Virus record (IMG/VR): IMGVR_UViG_3300010226_000003
Direction: 5' to 3' (one strand)
DNA length: 20,000 nucleotides
Origin: an uncultured virus (IMG/VR IMGVR_UViG_3300010226_000003)
Taxonomy: Duplodnaviria; Heunggongvirae; Uroviricota; Caudoviricetes
Under the pieces are notes generated by a model. The model worked only from the letters and a program-made list of their open reading frames with translations. It made no database searches and was not told the DNA's origin. Numbering within the stretch: the stretch's first letter is position 1; the number at the start of each line of letters is the position of its first letter. Of this stretch, positions 1-6,313 are shown in pieces. The translations under genes were made by a program, and so were the position numbers.

Positions 1-2
1 CT

Positions 3-275
3 AACCTGTCTGTCTACCTTAGTGTGGACAAGGAAAACCTTAACGCCGGGCTTCTTTGCGCGGCTGACAATCCCGGTGTCAAAATGGCATATCTGGGAGA
101 AACCTTCAACGAAGGTAAAGAGATCTTCGAAACTCTGACTGGCGTTCCCGGTGGAAAGTGTCCCGAGAATGCTAAGCAGATTCCGCTGATTACTAAGAAG
201 GGTGGCGCGTGCGTAACGTGTGGCCTTTGCATCTTCGGTAAGGCGGACATTCGATTCTCTCGCACTAAGAAATAG
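3..275 (+). CDS. Phage Gp88-like protein, C-terminal part (5' end outside window)
   Basis: Frame is open from the window start (NLSVYLSVDKEN...). C-terminal CPEN...GACVTCGLC cysteine pattern resembles the actinophage GP88 family. Confidence 0.6.
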   Translation, partial: NLSVYLSVDKENLNAGLLCAADNPGVKMAYLGETFNEGKEIFETLTGVPGGKCPENAKQIPLITKKGGACVTCGLCIFGKADIRFSRTKK

Positions 276-324
276 CACGGGCCTTCGGGCCGGGGCGGCG
301 AGACAAATCGGACATAATTTCATG

Positions 325-353
325 TTGACCCTAGCCGCCTGCCCTGTTAGACT
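325..353 (+). promoter_or_regulatory. sigma70/HrdB-type promoter for the lsr2 cassette
   Basis: TTGACC (325-330), 17 bp spacer, TGt-TAGACT (348-353); followed by leader ACAACGAAGGACAACGAAGGGAA. Confidence 0.75.
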
Positions 354-386
354 TTAACTACAACGAAGGACAACGAAGGGAACCAA

Positions 387-899
387 ATGCAGACTCGCCG
401 TGAGTACGCTGCCAGCCTCGGTCTCGCTGAGATGGGCAAGCGTGGTCGGATGAGCGCAAAGGCAAACGAGGCAGTCAAGGCTGCTGAGGCTGCGGGTACC
501 GTCTTCGCTGACACTGGCGTCGTGCGTACCAACAAGCCGAACGTCGTCAAGGCCGGTGCCTATGACGCTAAGGCCGTTCGTGCGTGGGCTAAGGCCAACG
601 GTATCGAGGTCAACTCCCGTGGCCGCATCTCCGGTGAGATCCTGGAGGCGTACAGCAAGGCCAACCCGGATGTCAAGGCGGAAGCCGTTTCCGGTGTAAA
701 GGCTCCGAGCGGCAAGGATGTTCGTCCGGCTGCGCCGCCTACCCGTGGCAGCAACACGGAGTACGTGGCCGTTGACCGTAAGGGTAAGGTGTGGCGCTTC
801 ACTGAGCGTGAGGCGTGCAAGTGCGGTTACTCCCTGTCTCACTGCTCTTGCGGCAGCCCGGTGGTGCTGGGCCTTGACGTCGAGGTCAAGAGCAAGTAA
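387..899 (+). CDS. lsr2: Lsr2-like DNA-binding/bridging protein
   Basis: KAVRAWAKANGIEVNSRGRISGEILEAY matches the Lsr2 C-terminal DNA-binding domain with RGR AT-hook-like motif; RBS GAAGGGA upstream. Confidence 0.85.
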   Translation: MQTRREYAASLGLAEMGKRGRMSAKANEAVKAAEAAGTVFADTGVVRTNKPNVVKAGAYDAKAVRAWAKANGIEVNSRGRISGEILEAYSKANPDVKAEAVSGVKAPSGKDVRPAAPPTRGSNTEYVAVDRKGKVWRFTEREACKCGYSLSHCSCGSPVVLGLDVEVKSK

Positions 900-908
900 G
901 GTATAACT

Positions 909-1070
909 ATGGCCAACGTGATGCTCGAAATCGAGCCCAATGGAGATGATCAGGAAGACCAGGCATGGAGCATGATCCAAGCTCTCGGCCCCTTCCTGTC
1001 AACGGTCCTCGGTATGTCTGTCAGCGTATCTGACGGATATGGGAATACGCAAGACTTCGAACCCAAGTAA
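909..1070 (+). CDS. Hypothetical protein, 53 aa (below ORF-track cutoff)
   Basis: ATG 909 to TAA 1070: MANVMLEIEPNGDDQEDQAWSMIQALGPFLSTVLGMSVSVSDGYGNTQDFEPK; AAGG RBS overlapping the lsr2 stop; fills the gap before a hairpin. Confidence 0.7.
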   Translation: MANVMLEIEPNGDDQEDQAWSMIQALGPFLSTVLGMSVSVSDGYGNTQDFEPK

Positions 1071-1075
1071 CGGCT

Positions 1076-1097
1076 ACGGCCCCCGAAAGGGGGCCGT
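1076..1097 (+). terminator. GC-rich hairpin, GAAA tetraloop
   Basis: ACGGCCCCC-GAAA-GGGGGCCGT right after a stop codon. Confidence 0.65.
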
Positions 1098-1112
1098 TCC
1101 ATTGGAGGCACA

Positions 1113-1460
1113 ATGGCACGCAATGGCGATATCTTTCGTCAGGCAGAGGTTTCGGTAATTGCTCCTGATATGTATCAGGGTGCACGCACTACGTCTACGC
1201 GACGGAGCGCCGGTGAAAAGGATGCCGACAAGATCCTCTCTATACTCGATAAGCGTACATTCAACGCTCACGCCCTTGCATACCTGATGTGTTCACAGCA
1301 TGAGGAATTGCAAAAGCCTCTCTTTGACCTTGCCATCGGAATCATTAACGCAATGGCTGCAAAGGAAGCTGCGGGCACTACACGCAATGACGACGAATAC
1401 AATCGAGCTTCTGTGTGCCGGTTCATCATCGAACAGATGATCATTCGTATGGGCACTTGA
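1113..1460 (+). CDS. Hypothetical protein
   Basis: 115 aa ORF with GGAGG RBS, followed by a UUCG hairpin. Confidence 0.75.
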   Translation: MARNGDIFRQAEVSVIAPDMYQGARTTSTRRSAGEKDADKILSILDKRTFNAHALAYLMCSQHEELQKPLFDLAIGIINAMAAKEAAGTTRNDDEYNRASVCRFIIEQMIIRMGT

Positions 1461-1508
1461 CAGTGCGGCCTTCGGGCCGCCCCGGTCAAAAGATCATGGT
1501 CTGTTGGG

Positions 1509-1538
1509 TTGCGATCTCTACTGACACTACGTTAGACT
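1509..1538 (+). promoter_or_regulatory. HrdB-type promoter
   Basis: TTGCGA, 18 bp spacer, TAGACT (1533-1538); same GTTAGACT core as the other cassettes. Confidence 0.6.
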
Positions 1539-1571
1539 AGGATTACCAATCAGGGAGACCTAGGAGGAACC

Positions 1572-1964
1572 GTGATCGTTTACCGTGTTGCCCTTCCCCC
1601 GACGCATGAGGGCAACCGTACGGGCAAGTGGGCCGGTCCCTATCGTGAGGGTTTCGATTCGTTCGATCCGTCCGTCAAGGCGGTTTCCAACCGTCTGTGC
1701 CGTGAGCACGTTGACGAGACGCACCCCACTCCGTGGACTGATGTGGTCGGCGGAATCATGCCGAATGAGTTCTGTGTGTTGACCTCTCCTGAGCAGGTGG
1801 CGGAGTGGTTCAACGACTTCGGCTATGACCTGGACGACGCGGGTTACATGGTCGTCGCCTATGACACTCAGTCTGAGGTGCGAGACGGTACCTATCAGTC
1901 TGTGGCGGCCGTCAAGGATTCCGAGATTGTCGGTGTGCATGAGCCTCTGGGGATGATTCCCTAA
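1572..1964 (+). CDS. Hypothetical phage protein
   Basis: 130 aa, GTG start with GGAGG RBS, host-like codon usage, flanked by promoter and hairpin. Confidence 0.8.
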   Translation: MIVYRVALPPTHEGNRTGKWAGPYREGFDSFDPSVKAVSNRLCREHVDETHPTPWTDVVGGIMPNEFCVLTSPEQVAEWFNDFGYDLDDAGYMVVAYDTQSEVRDGTYQSVAAVKDSEIVGVHEPLGMIP

Positions 1965-1970
1965 TTGGCC

Positions 1971-1990
1971 GTGGCCCCTTCGGGGGCCAC
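1971..1990 (+). terminator. UUCG hairpin
   Basis: GTGGCCCC-TTCG-GGGGCCAC directly after the stop. Confidence 0.65.
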
Positions 1991-2026
1991 AAGCCGCCCC
2001 GGCGAAAAGATCTTCCATGAACCATG

Positions 2027-2056
2027 TAGACACAACACCCTAGACTCTGTTAGACT
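2027..2056 (+). promoter_or_regulatory. HrdB-type promoter (P1 of DUF932 cassette)
   Basis: TAGACA, 18 bp spacer, TGt-TAGACT (2051-2056). Confidence 0.65.
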
Positions 2057-2135
2057 TGAGCTATCAGCAAGGGGGAAGGCAAAAGCCCGAAGCCTTGGAT
2101 GATCTGTTCTTGATCAACTCAACAGTGTGCTCTCT

Positions 2136-2171
2136 GACTACTTTGACAAGTAGTCCCCGTGCAAGTAAGCT
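2136..2171 (+). promoter_or_regulatory. Second promoter with a palindrome over its -35
   Basis: TTGACA (2143-2148), 17 bp spacer, TAAGCT (2166-2171); inverted repeat GACTACTT-tgac-AAGTAGTC at 2136-2155. Confidence 0.6.
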
Positions 2172-2199
2172 AGAAGAAACACCTACACTAGGAGCAAAA

Positions 2200-3201
2200 A
2201 TGCACGGTCTCGAAATCGGTTCCCGTGGCCAGGTCGCGTTCGCTACCCGTAGCGAGCCTGCGTGGCACAACCTCGGAACTGTCTTCGAAGGTGAGCTTTC
2301 CACCAGGGAAATGCTCGACCTCGCCCACCTTTCCAACTGGGGCGTTCGACTTGAGCCGCTTGCCCGTAAGGGTCGGACCAAGAAGAACATGTTCGAGGTC
2401 GTTCGTACCAACCCGTTCGATGGGGAGGACGACAGCCTTGGCATCGTCGCGGAGCGCTATAAGGTCGTTCAGAACGAAGATCTTTTCGGCTTCGGTGACG
2501 GCATCCTCGCTGGTGGTGGCACGTGGGAGACTGCCGGTTCTATCAAGGATGGTACGCAGGTCTTCGGATCTCTGCGTATCGGCCGTGAGGTGCTGGTGGG
2601 TGACGAGGATGTCACGAACATGTATCTCCTCGTGAACACCTCTCACGACGGTTCCCTTGCGGTACAGGCGAGCGTCACTCCGGTCCGTGTCGTGTGTCAG
2701 AACACCCTGAACTTCGCACTCCGTAACGGTGTGAAGCAGACGTTCAAGATGCGCCACACTCAGACCATCGAGGGTCGCATGGCTGCCGCGCGTGAGGCGC
2801 TGAACATCACCTTCGCGTACGCGGATGAGTTCGAGCGTGAGATGAACGAACTGTTCCGCACTCAGTGCACGAAGGATCAGTTCGATGAGCTGATCAGCAC
2901 GGTCTACGGTGAGCGTCCGGCCGAGAACGTCAAGGGTTCTCAGGTCAAGTGGGAGAACAAGCGTGACCTGCTGATGGGCATCTTCACCGACACGGGCGAC
3001 GGTCCCAAGACCACTCAGTCTCTGGCCGGTACCATGGCCGGTGCGCTGAATGCTCTGACGGAGCGTCTGGACTGGTACCGCATGCCCCGTAAGGGCGAGG
3101 TTGACAACCTGTTCGCGGCTGCGAGTGGCTTCGACCCGGTTATCAACTCCGAGAAGAACAAGATCCGTAAGGCTGTCCTGAGCATGTCTCTGGCTGCCTG
3201 A
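2200..3201 (+). CDS. DUF932 family phage/plasmid protein
   Basis: PAWHNLG, Y-x-VVQNED-x-F, ETAGS, LL-x-NTSHDGS and TPVRVVCQNTL motifs of DUF932; true start ATG 2200 after GGAG RBS (333 aa). Confidence 0.9.
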   Translation: MHGLEIGSRGQVAFATRSEPAWHNLGTVFEGELSTREMLDLAHLSNWGVRLEPLARKGRTKKNMFEVVRTNPFDGEDDSLGIVAERYKVVQNEDLFGFGDGILAGGGTWETAGSIKDGTQVFGSLRIGREVLVGDEDVTNMYLLVNTSHDGSLAVQASVTPVRVVCQNTLNFALRNGVKQTFKMRHTQTIEGRMAAAREALNITFAYADEFEREMNELFRTQCTKDQFDELISTVYGERPAENVKGSQVKWENKRDLLMGIFTDTGDGPKTTQSLAGTMAGALNALTERLDWYRMPRKGEVDNLFAAASGFDPVINSEKNKIRKAVLSMSLAA

Positions 3202-3208
3202 GTCAACG

Positions 3209-3232
3209 GCCCCCGCTTCGGCGGGGGCTTTT
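3209..3232 (+). terminator. Intrinsic terminator
   Basis: GCCCCCGC-TTCG-GCGGGGGC followed by TTTT. Confidence 0.8.
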
Positions 3233-3260
3233 GGCCGCCCCGGTTATTTTGGCCCGGTGG

Positions 3261-3289
3261 TAGACATGTCCCTTGTACTCTGTTAGACT
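3261..3289 (+). promoter_or_regulatory. HrdB-type promoter
   Basis: TAGACA, 17 bp spacer, TGt-TAGACT (3284-3289); leader CAACGAAGGGA. Confidence 0.7.
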
Positions 3290-3311
3290 AGTATCAACGA
3301 AGGGACAGAAC

Positions 3312-3515
3312 ATGACTCGCACTGTGACTGTGATCGTTCTCGAAGAGGGTATCCGAAGGGAGCTGGAGTTCACAGGCATCATGGACAATGGCATCGAGTT
3401 CGATGTCAAGACTGGCACTCTCACTCTGTGGGAGGAGAAGGGAAAGCTTCTGAACTCCCGTTGGGTCGTGCCGTTCGTCTCGCACTACAACGTCACTGAC
3501 GAATTGCAGTGGTGA
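3312..3515 (+). CDS. Hypothetical protein, 67 aa
   Basis: ATG 3312 after GAAGGGA RBS; MTRTVTVIVLEEG... Confidence 0.75.
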   Translation: MTRTVTVIVLEEGIRRELEFTGIMDNGIEFDVKTGTLTLWEEKGKLLNSRWVVPFVSHYNVTDELQW

Positions 3516-3544
3516 TTGACACAGAGCAATGACCTTGTTACACT
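3516..3544 (+). promoter_or_regulatory. Consensus promoter with no downstream ORF
   Basis: TTGACA (3516-3521), 17 bp spacer, TGt-TACACT (3539-3544). Confidence 0.65.
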
Positions 3545-3550
3545 ATTGTA

Positions 3551-3645
3551 GTGAGGTCATAAGGTGTGTTCCTGGGTCCCCTGTCAGTCCATTCGGGCAA
3601 GGGGTTAAATAGCAGAAGGTCGGCTGCAACCCAGGGACCTTTCAA
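3551..3645 (+). ncRNA. Candidate structured small RNA
   Basis: Lies downstream of a promoter with no RBS or ORF; TCCTGGGT/ACCCAGGGA closing stem encloses CCCCT..AGGGG and GCAG..CTGC hairpins. Confidence 0.35.
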
Positions 3646-3737
3646 TTTCTAACCGCCCCGGTTCATTGCTTACCCTAACTAACATGATGACTGTACATCT
3701 AGATTTTGATTTGTCCGTCATGTCCGATTTTTCGCCC

Positions 3738-3810
3738 TTTACGATAGGGGCCAAAATCCCCGGAAGATCTTGAAGCGCATTTACGAATGGGCCGAAATTC
3801 CCCGGATGAT
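3738..3810 (+). repeat. Imperfect tandem direct repeat, 42 bp period
   Basis: TTTACGATAGGGGCCAAAATCCCCGGAAGAT (3738) vs TTTACGAATGGGCCGAAATTCCCCGGATGAT (3780). Confidence 0.65.
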
Positions 3811-3844
3811 TTTCAATTTCAAATTCAAGACAGTTAGTTCGGTC

Positions 3845-4025
3845 TGTCTTATATAAGACATGAAACAAAGCCTCCCGTCTTTATTGGGAGGCTTCTTCTG
3901 TTTTACGATATAAGACATAGGATACACAAGGATGATTGGCCGGTGGCATTAGGTGTCCTTGTACTATATAAGACATAGAGAACCAACCAATACTCCACCG
4001 GGTCAATTCTACATATAAGACATAG
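3845..4025 (+). repeat. Four ATATAAGACAT(AG) direct repeats (iteron-like)
   Basis: Copies at 3851, 3908, 3966 and 4013; the first lies in the perfect palindrome TGTCTTATATAAGACA (3845-3860). Confidence 0.8.
3868..3904 (+). terminator. Intrinsic terminator closing the + strand arm
   Basis: AAGCCTCCC-9 nt-GGGAGGCTT followed by CTTCTGTTTT. Confidence 0.65.
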
Positions 4026-4460
4026 CACAATCAATCTGTCTTGGCTGACTAAGCAGGCTGTATAGCCATGGCTGCATAATCTGGCTGTCTATCATGGCTG
4101 ACTTACGAATTGAAGGCAAAATAGGCATGCATGGCTATGATTCTAAGGTTTATCTGGCATGCCCTTTACGAATGCATCAAAAAATGTGCAGAAATGCTGT
4201 GTTTTCGCAGGTTTTGGGCCGATTATTGCCAGTTTTCATAGGTTTTGGGGCTATTTTTGATTGTTTTAAGAGGCCGTCTGAGCCCTTGAATCGACATTTT
4301 ATTAGGCTGGCTGCATATGTTGGCTGTGAATCGAAGGCTGGAACCCCATTCTGACCTTAGAAATGAAGATATGGCTTACGATCTGCCTTCGATTTCCTGC
4401 ACCATTACACACTAACTTTTCGTTAGTATCTCTATATCAAGATAATTACTAATCTCAGAA

Positions 4461-4497
4461 AGTTATCCACAGGTAAGCACACAGGTTGTGGATAACT
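4461..4497. promoter_or_regulatory. Inverted pair of perfect DnaA boxes
   Basis: TTATCCACA (4463-4471) and TGTGGATAA (4487-4495) within the 11-bp inverted repeat AGTTATCCACA...TGTGGATAACT; AT-rich flank. Confidence 0.75.
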
Positions 4498-4670
4498 ATG
4501 TCTCGATGTCAAGATACTTTGATGATTCAAGCCTGCTACAGCACTGTTCATACGTCTTCTATCAAGGCTTCTGACGTGTCTACGTTCGCTTCTCGTAATG
4601 CTTTAATTGATTGGTGTCTCTGAGCACCATGTCTTTATTACAAAGGCATACAGAGGTTTCTGTCTGCTCT

Positions 4671-4715
4671 GTCTTATCTATCTAGTCTTATATGGTTATG
4701 TCTTATGAGTCTTAT
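4671..4715 (-). repeat. Four GTCTTAT copies (reverse complement of the ATAAGAC repeat core)
   Basis: GTCTTAT at 4671, 4685, 4700 and 4709. Confidence 0.65.
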
Positions 4716-4749
4716 ATGTATGAGGGAACTCTGACCACCGGGCTTTTTC

Positions 4750-4805
4750 TGACTAAAAATCCATCGAACTGATTCGTGACTAAAAAATCGGACTCTGACT
4801 AAAAA
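4750..4805 (+). repeat. Three TGACTAAAAA direct repeats
   Basis: Exact copies at 4750, 4777 and 4796. Confidence 0.75.
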
Positions 4806-4811
4806 TTCAGC

Positions 4812-4844
4812 AAAACGGAAAAGGACTACCAAATCGGTAGTCCT
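4812..4844 (-). terminator. Intrinsic terminator closing the - strand arm
   Basis: AGGACTACC-5 nt-GGTAGTCCT, followed on the - strand by TTTCCGTTTT, just past the last - strand gene. Confidence 0.75.
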
Positions 4845-4861
4845 CGTCCTCATCCCAGTCG

Positions 4862-5140
4862 TCAGTCAAGACCACTTCTCCGAACCACATCTCTAAACCG
4901 GGAGGCATTACTAGTAGCACTTCCATATAGCTCCTCGTCCTTACTCTCATTGAAAGAAGGATCAAATCGTGATGCCCACGCTAGCCAGTCTGTATTTTCC
5001 ATTATGCAGCAGAGTACACATTGCTTCTGTGGTCTAGTTGCAAGGGCTGCTCTTATATGGTCTGCTTCATGGTGTCTACCTGCTTTACGATGGACTTCCA
5101 TACGCCGGGCCAAATATCGCCAGGCCATTTTCTCCAGCAT
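4862..5140 (-). CDS. Hypothetical protein
   Basis: 92 aa; abuts the upstream stop; AGGGG RBS. Confidence 0.65.
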   Translation of the reverse strand: MLEKMAWRYLARRMEVHRKAGRHHEADHIRAALATRPQKQCVLCCIMENTDWLAWASRFDPSFNESKDEELYGSATSNASRFRDVVRRSGLD

Positions 5141-5377
5141 TCATTCCCCTTGAAATGCTGAATCATCTAGATCTTCAATGCTCTCGTTGCCTGGCAATTC
5201 GTATTCGAACCGGCTACTCACATTCGCTTCATTGAAGGAGTCCTTGATGAACTCAGCTTTGAATTCGGATGAATGGCGGAAGACTACTTTGTCAACCTTA
5301 GTATCAAGGATGCACCAGTTGTAGCCTTCCACCACCCGGCCTCTTTTAAGAGGCTCCTTTACGATTGTATATCTCAT
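5141..5377 (-). CDS. Hypothetical protein
   Basis: 78 aa; own promoter just upstream. Confidence 0.7.
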   Translation of the reverse strand: MRYTIVKEPLKRGRVVEGYNWCILDTKVDKVVFRHSSEFKAEFIKDSFNEANVSSRFEYELPGNESIEDLDDSAFQGE

Positions 5378-5386
5378 AATGTTCTT

Positions 5387-5416
5387 ATGCTAGATCAGAA
5401 CACATGGATTTGTCAA
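5387..5416 (-). promoter_or_regulatory. Promoter, near-leaderless
   Basis: TTGACA, 18 bp spacer, TAGCAT, 9 nt, ATG; no SD. Confidence 0.6.
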
Positions 5417-5847
5417 TCAGTCTCTTCTGGTCCGCCGTTCAGACGCTCTAGATCCTTGCGAATTGCCTCGTTGCATTCTTCTGAATCACAGAAGTAACCG
5501 TGAAAGTCAATGTCAATTCTGTTTGTCAGCTTCCTGCACATGAAACATTCGCCAGGCTCATCGGAATGCATACCGCTTGGATCGTACCAGTAGGTTCCGT
5601 AACCATCGCGCATTGGGTATTCATTGTGTCGAATGTCCACTGCCATGTCCTGTGCCTCTCTGAATGCATTGAAGGAATTAGCAGCGCTCTCCGCCACCGG
5701 GCCTAATTGTTGCATTCGCTGTCGTAGCTGTGAGAACTCACCAGCCACCCGTTCCCATTGTGCCTGAGCTAGCCGGAAGTCGTCCTCAGACAGATATCCA
5801 GCTAGCTCCCAATCACTCTCCCGCCAGCTTTGCACGGTTACCAGCAT
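5413..5847 (-). CDS. Hypothetical protein with C-terminal Cys motif (start uncertain)
   Basis: CFMC...YFCDSEEC; tiles between neighbouring genes. Confidence 0.6.
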   Translation of the reverse strand: MLVTVQSWRESDWELAGYLSEDDFRLAQAQWERVAGEFSQLRQRMQQLGPVAESAANSFNAFREAQDMAVDIRHNEYPMRDGYGTYWYDPSGMHSDEPGECFMCRKLTNRIDIDFHGYFCDSEECNEAIRKDLERLNGGPEETD

Positions 5848-6310
5848 CCTCCAGGATCTTTAGAATCTCTGCAAGGGTACGGCGAGGATCGTTGTTCCAG
5901 TAAATGAAATTGTACTTCTGCGCATCGCCATTCTTCCGACGAACTTCATCGTGAAGCCACTGAGCGGCAATGTCGCCGTCTTCCTGATGGAAATAGCCCT
6001 TACGATAGAGCCACACCATTGCGCCACGAAGACACAGCCTTCCTTCATCGTCCCGAAGAACTCCCTGTGCCCATCCCATCTTCCAGATGGCTGCACGCAT
6101 TGCAAGAAGGATCTGTGAAGGAACGAGCTGTCCCTTCTTTCTCTTAATCTTACCGACCCGCACAGAGGCGATAGAAGCTGTGCCAGGATCACCCTTGCTC
6201 TTGTTACTCTTAGCAAGATCCTTTGCATAGCCTTCGACAAGACCCTTGAATCTGTTTGAGATCTCACCATCAGTCATGCGAGCGAGATCAGTCATCAGTG
6301 CCATTAGCAC
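5813..6310 (-). CDS. DUF6197-like protein
   Basis: GWAQG...GRLCLRGAM...WNNDPRRTLAEILKILEDA pattern seen in this actinobacterial/phage family. Confidence 0.55.
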   Translation of the reverse strand: MLMALMTDLARMTDGEISNRFKGLVEGYAKDLAKSNKSKGDPGTASIASVRVGKIKRKKGQLVPSQILLAMRAAIWKMGWAQGVLRDDEGRLCLRGAMVWLYRKGYFHQEDGDIAAQWLHDEVRRKNGDAQKYNFIYWNNDPRRTLAEILKILEDAGNRAKLAGE

Positions 6311-6313
6311 CTC

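Noticed and set aside
2056..2199. N-terminal extension of DUF932 from TTG 2056
   Set aside because: It overlaps promoter elements; ATG 2200 has the RBS and begins the family-like sequence.
3578..3640. Pistol or hammerhead ribozyme (hairpin followed by TTAAATAG)
   Set aside because: No pseudoknot partner for the hairpin loop and no CTGATGA/GAAA core found.
3844..3861. CTGTCTTATATAAGACA as a Nextera/Tn5 mosaic-end artefact
   Set aside because: It does not match CTGTCTCTTATACACATCT, and the core recurs eight times in varied native contexts.
3851..4025. ATATAAGACATAG repeats with unique spacers as a mini-CRISPR array
   Set aside because: The repeat is only 11-13 bp, the period is irregular (57, 58, 47), and no cas genes are present; iteron-like sites fit better.
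3605..4354. ORF-track ORFs 3605-3868 (-) and 4094-4354 (+)
   Set aside because: No RBS, atypical composition, and they run through repeats and regulatory motifs; treated as non-coding.
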